From Zygnema circumcarinatum SAG 698-1b (lineage: Eukaryota > Plantae > Zygnematophyceae): 64,000 nt of DNA. The notes beneath the pieces were generated by a model. The model ran no database searches, was not told where the DNA came from, and was given only the letters and a program-made list of their open reading frames with translations. A program made the position numbers and the translations under genes. Within the stretch, counting starts at the first letter, position 1. Every line of letters starts with the position of its first letter. Shown piece after piece: positions 28,509-39,700 of the stretch. The stretch is taken from NCBI GenBank assembly GCA_037447605.1, contig CM074804.1:3635909-3699908 (forward strand), in the 5' to 3' direction.

Positions 28509-29203
28509 AGAGAGGCGAACAGCCTAGAGCCCAGAGCTTTATTCTCTCAATCTCTGCCTTGCGCCAACAATGACGTCTGTTTCTCCTGCGCCTCCCTCTG
28601 CGGGCCGCAGCTCCCGGGACACTAAAGGGGCGCATACCCCAGGGGCTCTGTTTTGAAATCTCACTGCCAATTGGCATTCACAATCGTGTTGTATTGTCGT
28701 AGCGGAAAGTAGAAGCGGTCGCCTCGACGGCTGTCCGGGAGGTGCAGTGAGCGCGGACGAAGCGGTCGCGGCGAGGCGCGGCGTCCAGCTCCCTCCGCTT
28801 CGGGGGCACACTGATCAGTGAGGACGGAGCGCGCACGGACATAAGCTGCCGTCGCGCTGCATTGCACGCGTGACATGACGCTGCTTCGCGCTAAAAGTAT
28901 TGAAATGGAAGCCCATTCCGTCGCCCTTCAGCGTTGCCTCGCTTCTAAGCTTCTTCGGCGTGAAGCTGCGGTTGTTGGTGATCGTGTTGGTGGACTTCCG
29001 CCGCTCCCTCGCGATGTGCCTCACATCGGTGACCTTCGCGGCTGCTTCTAGGGCTGCCTTGTTGTGCCTATGCGTAGTTTTCCGCTCCTAACTTTGTTTT
29101 ATTGTGTTTCGGTCCTTAGCGACCAGTCCTTCGTGGTTCCACATTTTGCTTTTGTCCATGTACATTTCAATGAAAGTTTCCTCCCTATTGAAATGGAAGA
29201 CGT

Positions 29204-29776
29204 GGACATTGTATGCACACAAGTGAGGATGAAGAGAAAGTAACACAAAGAGAAATGTGTATACAGTCTAATCACGTTATAGTGTCCATGTCGGTCCCCA
29301 CACATTTGTGTCACTATATCGGTAATGACCCGTTTGTCATTTCACATTTATAGTAACAATGTTATTACATATGTTTTTGCGGTATATCCGTACGACTTTG
29401 ATACCGTACATTGTACTTTTTGGGCAGTCGTCAAGTGGGTAGGTGTGTACGAACCCTAGTGAGCATATGTACGGACAACTTGATATGTACGGTCAAGTCG
29501 ATATCTGACGATATTAGTCGATAATCTGTACGGTCGTAAATATATTTGTAACGCATATTCCAATACGTGGGTGGATAATATCGACATTTTGAATATATAG
29601 TAACAATCAGGGTTTTTCAACGTCATTATATCCGTAATGGCGTCACTACTGGCGCAGGATCTGCAGTGGTGCAATTCCGTTCCCGGAAAAAAAGTCAGTA
29701 TATCCATGCTGTTCTTATAAACAGTGTCACTATAACGTGATTAGACTGTATTCAAGTGGGTAAACATACAATGTCC
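29204..29776. repeat. Nested inverted repeats around an AT-rich core
   Basis: Perfect 24-bp inverted repeat ATACAGTCTAATCACGTTATAGTG (29261-29284) / CACTATAACGTGATTAGACTGTAT (29728-29751). An outer perfect 12-bp pair is GGACATTGTATG (29204-29215) / CATACAATGTCC (29765-29776). Confidence 0.85.
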
Positions 29777-30025
29777 TAAACTGATTTATATATATTGCGG
29801 CAAGAGCTAGACGACAAACAGAGCATAGATCTTGCCTGAGCAAGGGCGGCCAGGTGAGAAGCACAGGGCCGAAAAAGTACAAGCTAAAAGAGCAGAAAAG
29901 TACAAGCTAAAAGGACAGCCAGGTGAAAAGAACACATGGCTGGAAAACGACAAAAGAGTACGACAGTATAGGAATGTCTTATTCGCAACAAAAAGTGCTC
30001 CGGAATTCATGGGGAGGAAAATAGG

Positions 30026-30338
30026 ATTGATCTCACGATGGCAAGGCCATCAGATGTACATGGATAACATCAACACGGCGAACCAAAGGAAGCAGTCACA
30101 AAGGACCTAGTGACAAAGGGAAAAGCCTATAAACGGAGGTCTACTTCTAAGCTCAACAACACGGCTCATCACCTCATTAAGCATCATCAAAACACAGATT
30201 AAGACCTCAAACTACCACATTGTACGCTCATAGCCTTTTCCTTTTGTCGTTATGTCCTTTTGTGACCAGTACCTCGTGGAGCCCCATGATGATTTCGTCC
30301 ATGTACATTTTGATGACATTGCCATCGTGAGACCAAAT
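30026..30338. mobile_element. Second, smaller fold-back/MITE-like element of the same repeat family
   Basis: 30026-30129 and the reverse complement of 30231-30338 share TCTCACGATGGCAA, ATGTACATGGA, GTCACAAA(A)GGAC and GACAAA-GGAAAAG-CTA blocks. The same blocks occur in 27729-27852. Confidence 0.5.
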
Positions 30339-30814
30339 GCCACATCTTGTCCATTAAACTAGTTTATACTTTTTAGGGTTATTAATTCTCTTGCATTCTT
30401 ATCGGCAAATGCTAACTAATAGAAATTCGAATAGGAAGTTATGGACATGGATCGAAAGTGGTTTATGATAACATACATTTGAATATAAATATGAGCTATT
30501 AGTTGTGAGGAAAAACAGAGAGACTTTTCCCCGTGGTCGCATGCTCCTCTACCTGGATCAATTCTAAAAACATCACCTCGAACATTTCTTACTCCCATGA
30601 CGTGAAGTAGTCATTGTTCCACGAAATACTCCATATTCACTGTCCACATTGTACTGCATGGATAATTCATGTGGAATGGGCAAAAACGTCACCACACTGT
30701 TTATATTGTTGGCAACTCTTCCAAAGGAAAAATCTGAGGAGATTGTAATGAACGAATTGAATGCTTCCGAGACACGCTTTACCAGTGGATGGAAAAGAAG
30801 CGATAGGAGAAGCG

Positions 30815-33332
30815 TCAGAGCCGACGTTTGCGAGGAACTGAGACGTAGCCTGAAGAGTCCAACATAGCTGCGACCATATGCGTCGTATTCTGCGCGCTAT
30901 TTCCTTGGCTCTGCACGACACTGCTCGGCTCTACTGTCGAACGGTTCTGAGTCGACTCCGCCTCACGTGCCATTGTGTGCTCGACTGGCCCACTACTAGG
31001 CCCAGCCTCTGACGATTCACCTCCTGCCTGCTTGCTGTCCTCCTCCTTCAAGGACTGCCATTCTGGAACTTCAGAGGAACCAGCCCTCCCTGTCTGCCTT
31101 TTCTCACTTGACAAGCTTTCCTCTTTGACCGGGGGCTGACAATCGTCCTCCTCTTTGTCGCCATCCCAATCGCTCTCACCCTCGGAACCAGAAGCCTCAA
31201 ATTCAGGTGAGACAGGCTCGGTTGGAACAGCCCTCGTCTGAGATTGCCGCAGCTCTCTAAGTTTCGCCTTTTTCGCATTAAGCACCGCCACAAACTGTAA
31301 GCAAAAATATTACCATATAAAAGAATAAGGCGTCTACAGAAACAGAACTGCCTCAGTCGTAGAGCCAAACAACCTTCCCACCTTTACTCCGACCCAATCT
31401 ACTTGAAATGAGGAAGGCCTCGAGTCCAAATATTTTGAGCCACAAACCACAGTGCACTCCTTTCAAAATACAAATTTATTAAATTCTTGTCACAATTCTA
31501 CCACCTCCTTTCAGCAAACAAGCTTCAACTACAAAATATGCGGCGATGCAGGAAAGCCTAGACTCCTTTACGATCCGTTCCTTCACACACAGGATACGTC
31601 AACTAAACCATGTCATGTCTTAAAAGCTGCTCATAAATCTACTTATGGATGCACCCTGCATGCCCCATGACCGTCTAGCTGTCTCCAGCAGATTGCATTT
31701 GGACAACTCATATTTGAGTCAGCTAACTTGCCTTTTTGTATAGGTCAGCTTCAATCGCGTTCTTCTCCTTCATGAAACTCTCACTCTGCTTAAGGCACCT
31801 GTCCGCTTCATCCTTCATTCGCTCGAATGCTTTTGATGTACGCTGAAGGCTTTCCTGTTGCGAATAGCTCAATCCAGTTTGTGAGCTGAATCGGCAAGAC
31901 AACTGGTTAAAAAAAGGAGCAGATATTCTTGCTTGTGGGAAACGTTGAAGCATGCTTGTAAGCTAAGTAAAAAACGCACGAATGGACCATGAATAACTCG
32001 TAGAGGATAGTTTGATATTGCAGGCCTGCAATGCAAACTCAGGTTGCAAAGCACTCGCTTTAGCAAAAGGGTGGTGAACTGTCCTTTTTTTCTCACAACT
32101 GATTGCAAGTGTGCTTCTTCCCGATCATTTAACTTCAATAGTGGATAGATTAGTTGGCAATGACAGTGGCAGTGACCACGGCACTTGGCAGGTCAATAAA
32201 TTCACCATAGAAGTCATGCTATCGGGAAGCAGTGCACGTGCAATTGCGTGAGACGAAGAATGAAAAACAGAATGCATAACTTACATCCAATTTTACGTTT
32301 TCATCGATGAGCATGTCTAGAATTCCTCGAATGACAGCACCTCGATCCGCCACAGGTTCAAATTCCAAATGTGCAGTCAGCCTCAAAGATCCTCGCTGCA
32401 GCTCCCATGACAGCTGAAGTTGTCGGCCCAACCAGACCAGCTACGGACGCTGAGAAAGGAGAACCTCACTGAAATGTGCATTGACAGCAAAAGAAGAAAA
32501 AAAAAGAAAGGGATCACGTAGCAATTCCAGAGAGCAATTGGATAAAAAATTCCTGCTCGGCCAGCTAAATAACTACCATAAGTTGGCAGATGGAAAATGG
32601 CAAAGGATAATCACCTTTGTTGCAGATAGTTCCATCACTATTAGACTACTGTTTGACCTTTTCCGATTCTTTTGACCACAAGCTTCTGAAACAAAGTTAA
32701 TCACTGGTTAAGTGCATGCGGAATAGGGGAGAGGAGAAATTGCATGCTCAGAAGATTTGTCTAAGGACAACAGGTAAGGTTGGGTCAAAAGGTTATCCAA
32801 CTGCAGTTTGCAACTTAAACATACTTTCATTTTATCGCCTTTCCCAGGGGAAAAGGCATATGCTGAGGAATCATCCTGTTGAATCAGATAGCGACATATC
32901 ACATCTCGCACGTACTCCTGCGTGCTGTCGAAACCCCAATCTTGTGCACGCTCCTGAATGTCTGACTCTGGAGCTGAATATTCACAAGTGCGAAAAAAAA
33001 CTCAAAGTTAAACAAGCAGGATTAACCCAAACCAAAGTAGACACACCTTCAAGCTCAACTCATCCGGTCAGTGCACTCTGCTGCGCACCTCATATCAAAT
33101 GTTTGCCTCTCCAAGCAAGCACACATCGCAGACATAACGACGAACAAGCATTTTATCCTTTCTTGCCGCTGCACGAGGTTATAAGGCGCGGAGGATCACG
33201 TGCGCAGAGCCAGGCCGAGTCTCCATCCGTCGCTTCAAGCATGAAGTGCGCGGGCCTCCAATGGCCGAGCACATAGAGCCGCCCACCCTGGCGCAGCACG
33301 ATGCGCGCGCAGCTCTCCTTCCCCTCCGCCAT
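30815..33332 (-). CDS. XRCC4: DNA repair protein XRCC4 (non-homologous end joining)
   Basis: N-terminal head MAEGKESCARIVLRQGGRLYVLGHWRPAHFMLEATDGDSAWLC. Further exons encode LSWELQRGSLRL...GILDMLIDENVKL and a coiled coil AFERMKDEADRCLKQSE...ADLYKK-FVAVLNAKKAKLRELR, followed by an acidic tail and a basic C-terminus PRKRRL. This matches the plant XRCC4 pattern. Confidence 0.88.
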
Positions 33333-33743
33333 GGCGCCCTCCTATCCTCTCCTCCCCCTCCCGAGCAGGAGCCAGCCCGCAGAGGCCGCCACGCGGCACT
33401 CCCGCACGGGCGATCCGCGCTTTTCGGCTCCTGGCTGCCTTGTCGATGACGTCAATTTAAAGATAAATCTAGCGTGGCACACAGCCATTCGCGGCGAAAG
33501 CAGTCTGATGACGCTAGCGCAACGCGAGGCGAGCTGGTTTCCGGGAGGGCGGGACGCAGCGCTTTGGCTCGGGCCAGCTGGGCCCTGCGAGAGCTGGCCC
33601 TCGCGGCGAGTGGTTTGACAATGCAGCTTTCTTTCTTTCTCTTAGCAGCTTCAGAGTATCCTTCATTGGACGCCACGCGTAATTCGCCGCTGTCCGTCGG
33701 ATGCTCAGGAAGCGCATGTTGATCTGCATTACTCATCTTGGTA
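33333..33743. promoter_or_regulatory. 411-bp divergent promoter region shared by XRCC4 and the VPS13-like gene
   Basis: Head-to-head ATGs at 33332 (-) and 33744 (+). GC-rich, with a TGACGTCA palindrome at 33447-33454. Confidence 0.55.
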
Positions 33744-36700
33744 ATGGCGGTCATGGCAATATGGTTTCCTTATCTATGGATATCAGCTGCGTTGCTGGCT
33801 CTGCTGCTCTTGAGCGGCACCAGCTTGCTGGCCCTCGTTTTGGACAGGCTGTTGTGCCGCTTCCTTCAATTGCAGCGCAGCCCAAACCGAAGAATTTGTG
33901 CAGTGTCATGGCGAGGTGATTTTCTGCTGCATTTAATACTTCGCGAAGCAGTCCCTTTATAAGCCTTGCGTTTTGAAATGGCGCCGTTGAATCCCTTAAT
34001 GTTGCGTCTCATGAGAAAAGCGTGCGACTTGAACTACTAAATTAACCACATTTTTTGTAGGATATAAGTTTCTGTGCCGAATGATAAGAGTTATAAAGTT
34101 TCTCATTCCCGACAGCTGTCTGCAGGCCTCACGCTGCAGAACTTGCACATTGGACCTGCAGCATTGCAACGACTTGACTTTCCCCTTCAAATAACGCACT
34201 GTAAGTTTCCTTGGAAACACTTGTCTTCACGATTTGATTTCACACCACTTTTTTCTTTTTCAGCTTCCTAGGACGTAAGTGGGTGGTTTTTCTGTCGCAG
34301 TGGCAATTGAGCTTTTGGAAGTGCGGTGGCCTTGGTTTCTGCTATGGTGGAACGGGCCCCTTCTGAGGCTCCGCGGCTTGAAGGCCACGATGGCAGTCCG
34401 CACAGTTCCCCTGGTAGGCCTACTGGAGCTGGATCGATGCTTTTTGCATGATGATTAGAAAGTGTCCGCATTTCCGCAAAAGTTATACTTTGCAGGATGA
34501 AGGCTTCCGGATGCACTTGCGTGCAAGAGATCAAGGTCGTTCGTGCTGTCGACAGCTATACACTTCTTGTGCGTGAGATACTTAAGCGTAGCTGACGACT
34601 CATCATGGTGTGCAAAGGCCACTATAATTGAGTCGAGATAATAAAGATTGCTTACCGAATGTAGGCTGCAGAGCCTTGCATATATAGTTTAAATTTAAAT
34701 GGATTTTTCTTTTCGGGAATCAAACTTGATGCATTGTCAGTGAGCGGCAAATGGTTGATCTGGCAAGCAGGCCTCGCTTATAAGGAAAATCATTAAGAAG
34801 TAAGAAAAAAAAAAAAGGCTAAAAATTGCAAGGCGCTTAAGTCAGCAAAAAAAAAAAATCAAGTAAAAAGACAACCCTCCAGCTGTGGTGTTCACCGTAT
34901 GTCCTTCAGGTTAAATTTTAAGCTTGGAAAATCATTAAGTCATGCTAATTATTGAAAAGCTTAACACTGGAATATCCAGCAGTGACTGGCTAACCTCTCA
35001 GACTTCTCCAACCTGCTCGAGTCAATGACTGATTCTTCAAGGTTTGTGACAATTTTCCTTGCAAGAACCAATTTCTTAAACGCAGAGTACTTTCTCTGTA
35101 GAAGCCACCAATTGATGACGTACAGATGACCAGTTCAGACGGCCTGTTTGAACAAACGATGTTTTCAGTAGTGCCAAAGTTTTTTCAAACCAAACTCGCT
35201 TATCAACAGAATCTGTTGTTGGAAAGGAAGCTGTTCAGTCATTGTAAGGATTGAAACTAATGATTTTCGAAAATGCACTTCTACCGGTATCTCTAGCGTT
35301 GTCAGAACAACTTCGAAGGTGAATCCACAGCATTTAGATCGCTTTTGTATACACCAGACCTTGCATTGCGTACCTTCCACCCACCCTAGTGTGGCATATT
35401 CTGTCGACTGTTGTTGCACAGCCAAAGTCTTCTGCTGCCCTCGACTATCAACTGTTCCTAAAGAAACGAAAATTTCGGCGAAAGCGCCTGGAGGCAGTCG
35501 ACGAAGTCCTCTGGCCTGTCGGCGAGAGCAAGACACCTGGTGAGGCTTCTGCAACCAGCCACTTCTCTGTTCAACATTTTGCAGTTTGCCTGCTGCACCG
35601 ACGTGGTGCCCCCGATTGCTTTTCAATATGTACAAAGAGAGGCGAACTTCTTTTGGAGAGAGATGACGACAGAATCGCACATCAGAAGAAACACAACAAA
35701 GTTCAGTGAAATCAGGGATGTTGCAAGGAGTACAATAGCCCATGTTCTTCACACATTCTAGTGTATAATCAACACATGTCAAGACCAAGTAGTATCTTCC
35801 TACAATCAAGACCGGCCAATGCATCACCAATTAAAGGACCACGGGTGCAGTTCTGTACATGAGAAATCACCCCCTTATGTACAATGTGACAAGGTGGAGG
35901 CGTGGGCGGTGTGCATATTAACTTATCCATGAAGAGAACAATGATTGGAAGTTCGTTCTATCTTGAAAAGAATAGGAGCTCTCGGTTTTTAGCCATAGAA
36001 ATTCACAACTGGCCTTAAGTGTATCACTAGCGTATGCCGTAGACCCCCTTAGGAAATCTTTTTCAAATATGGAACTAGAGTTTGCATAGATGTAATTTCT
36101 TGGCTGTGCATGTTTCATTTGAGTACATGTTTCTGCAAAGGCTTATTGCAATGAGGATGCAGGCATGACTCAGGGAAAGTCCAAACTATTGCTACTTCTC
36201 CAGCCTTTCGCCCAGTGGGTGCAGCAGCGCTTGGATGTGGTAATGGAAGACGTCAGCCTGAAGTGGAATACAGGGACTACCACTCAGGTATGCTCCTTCT
36301 ACTCTATCAAATATCCGAAGTTGAGCTCGCCAGCATAGGCATGTCTGTAATTTCAAAAGTTGTTTTTTGAGGCTATTGTGGCCTTTGCAGAGGCTAAATC
36401 GAAATGCTTCTAAACAAAAAGCAGGAAGAAGGAACTTATTTCAAGCTTATGCTGGTCGCTTTGTCGCAGGAGGGTTTTGGGGGACTGCTCCTGAGTTTGG
36501 AGGCAGTGTGCTTGAAGGAGGTCAGTTAACAGGCGTGCAGCCAATGATGTTGGCATATCTCGTCCGCTTTTCAGAATGGTGTTAACTCGTTTTTCTCCAA
36601 TGATAAGCTCGCCATTAATGTTTTAACAGCAAGCATGAGCTCGGCATGTAACATGCTCTGAGAAATTCATTCCTGCCGCAGGCTGAAGTACTGGAGGGAG

Positions 36701-39700
36701 AGCCTCTTTTTTCCCCTTCAATTGATCGGGTACGTCATCCAGGGCCGTGCTTGTTTGACTTCTGTGTATGGCAGCCCATTTCAATTCGTGCGTCTGTTGG
36801 CTAAGCGGCAAGGTGAGAAGTGGTCCAAACGGATAGTGGTGTTTACGTTTCTGCACCTTATCTGCAGGCACTCTACATTCGTGGAGTCAACGCGGAGATG
36901 ATTTTCCGAGTATGCTTCTTCCCATTTCATTTGTTTGAAAATGGGTTGGTGACGCTGTTTGAAGTTCTCACTTGCACTTCGTACTAAGCGGGGTTGCAGG
37001 AGACAGTGCTGGAGGGTGAATCGGCGACAAATCAGCTGATTCCCATCATCAGGCGTTGGAGCGCATGCGCAACTGTGCGTTCTCCTCCATTCATTTCTCC
37101 TGCGTTGAGGACTTCTCTCACAATTCGGAGGAATAGCGTGAAGTAGCATGTCGACAAGTTTAAGACAAGTGAGCGATGATTAGAATGAAGAATGCGTAGC
37201 AGGAATAGGTCTCTAATGAATCGAGTGAATGTAACGACAGATCGCCTGTACATTACCTCAGATTTCATGTGCTCTGGGTGCTCCTGGGAACGACAGGTGC
37301 ATGCAGGAGTTACACGAAAGGGGAATTTGGGAGTGCGAGTTTCCCTTTGTTTTGGGGCCGTAATTATTAGCTCCAATGAAGCGGTCAAACGTGGCCTTTC
37401 AGTCCTACTCACCCAGCTTGTGGGCTACATTCGTGTGAAAGAGGTACATTTCAAGACATTGGGAGGATACCTGACATCCATCCATTGCATCATTAGTCTC
37501 ACCTTAACCCATTGATTCAGCACTTCAAAATAGCGCTTTCACAAAAGCTGTTTGAAACTAGCAGCTGTGTTAATGGTGGGGGTGTTATTGGGTGCTTTCA
37601 CACAGTTGCAACGCACGAGGCCAGAAGCATCTGTGCTGGAAAAACCGACGGCGTGGTGGCGCCATGCAAGTATGTGCTTGAGGCACCCAGCTATTTGCCG
37701 GCTTGCTTCTCAACTATAAATGTGATTAGGTGCTAGGCAGAGGATTTTTTTAACTTTTTTCCTTACCATCCTCCATGCCCTTCCTGTACCAGATTGCCCC
37801 TAATGATGTGCCAGGAGCTGTGCCGTGCCTTTTCCTTTTTTCTCTCATACAAACGTTTGATTTGGCTTTGGGCGTGCTGATGACAGTCTCAACAGTAGTT
37901 CGCGAACTACGGAAGGTGACTCCAGCAGCCTCTCTTCGCAGGCCATCTCTTTCTGAGAACCGAAAATTGCGCATCGAATACATGCGGCTTTATGTAGGAA
38001 AACATTCAAGAAGGCACTCATGGTGAGCTGGACCTTAAAGTCGGAAGGAGGCTGAGAAATCTTGTTTGGGACCCTGCTGCTTTTTCAACGTAAACATGGC
38101 GGGATTCCTTGCATACCTTCCGTTTGTAAGCACCTGCATTCCCGTAGGATTGGTTGTGCAGGAGAAGGAATTACCGGCTGGCTGAAATTGAAGAGTTGGT
38201 GGGAACCTTGGAAGCCGCACGCTTTCGTTGGTGGGTTGCTGCAAACGTTCGTAAGACGGAGGCGCTTCTACATTGGAAAGTGCGGTGCTTCTCCTAACTG
38301 TGACTTAGTCATGCCTTCTGTTACGGGGAACAGGGAAGGAAGGGGGTGCAACTGCGATACGTTTCACACACTAACTTAATGTTTTGTGAGCGTTGCGTCG
38401 GCTGATTTCATGTCCTGCTGTGAAGTGGAAAGGAATGGTCTCAACAAGTCGCTGTATTGATTTTGGATGTTGACAGCATATTGTGTGTGATACAGGAAAA
38501 GAGAGCAGCTTATTTCGAGGATCTTACCAAGACTCTCGATGCAATTCATAAAATCTTGAGCTCCAAAAAATTAGGTTTGCAATCGTTCACCTTTCCACAA
38601 TGCACAGGCTGCATTGTGCACAGGCTGCATCATGTATCATGGCTTGTGGGTGGACCATGGGATTGACCTGCTCACCACGCTATTCCTTAATTCTCTGCAT
38701 CTTGTTACGAAATTGTTTTTTTTTCTTTTTTACTGCATCTTTGACTTTTGCTATTTTTATCTAGATGTTTCTTTTATATTCTTGAATCTTAATCCTGATT
38801 TTTTCCCCTTTGAAAGCCTTCATGTACCTCTCTGGATTTATTCGCGTTTAGTTCGGTCTCCATTACTACTTCACTGGTCCCTCTTGCTGATTCTGCCGGC
38901 CTCTTTCACGGATTCATGGATTCTGCTGTTGCTGTTAGTTGATGGCTTTTGCACAATGCCGTACAGGGAAGCAAGGCGAGCAGCTTGTAGGGGAGCTGCA
39001 ACTGCACTTCACATGTCCCAAGGTAATGTTAAATCGATTTAGCTTAATTGGTCATTTTAAATCACATAACAATAAAGAGACAGGAGCCATGAAAGCCTCC
39101 AATACAACTGTCTGCAAATTTTTAAAACAGAAAAAGAAGATGCAAGCACTTTTGTAAAGAGGGTTTCATCTTATGATCTGCCTCGTCCGTATCTGAAGTG
39201 TATCTCGAGAATCTGTTTTCAGGGCGAAAGGCATTACTCACTCTGCTGATTTTTTGGAAAGACTCTGCATTCTGTCATTTTGCATATTAGTATGTCTAAA
39301 TTTTTCCTGCAGTGTCTCTTCAAAATTAGTAAGTGTCACATTGCTTGAACTGCATTTTCGGCCCAGCCAGCGATGGCCCGCAGTTTTTCTGAAGTCACGC
39401 CGGCTTGTACCTTGCACGGACTATGGCTATCCTTCCTCCATCACTTTCACCCTGATGCAAGAAGTAAATGAACGTTGAGTGTTGCGTTCTGTACATGCGC
39501 AGGTCAGCTGGCTCGTCTCTTCGATGCAAGACCCGAATTGGGCTGGAAAACTGTCCATCATCAACATCCGGTGTTCTCTGCAGGTGCGCCGTCCATTCGT
39601 TAGTCAATCTGCATGGCATGCAAAAGTCGCGCTTCAGGAGCTTTTCACAGCGCGTGATTCCTTTACGTCGGCATGTTTTGTGCTTTCCAAGAGTCTGAAT

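Larger units (their letters stand above)
27729..29190. mobile_element. Putative non-autonomous DNA transposon (MITE/Pack-MULE-like) bounded by imperfect inverted repeats of about 110-125 bp
   Basis: 27729-27852 (CAATAGGGAAAACTTTCATTGAA...ATGTACATGGACAAAGGCAAAATGTGGAACCACGGACTGGTCACAAAGGACCGAAACACAATAAAAC...) matches the reverse complement of 29083-29190, apart from a 22-nt indel and a few substitutions. No transposase ORF and no target-site duplication were identified. Confidence 0.55.

Noticed and set aside
35165-35830. 221-aa minus-strand ORF
   Set aside because: It is antisense to plus-strand VPS13 exons and has no motif support.
38601-38630. Short tandem duplication TGCACAGGCTGCAT (also at about 22406-22432, about 29868-29909 and near 54070)
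   Set aside because: These are two- or three-copy slippage products with no spacers, so they are not CRISPR-like and have no evident function.
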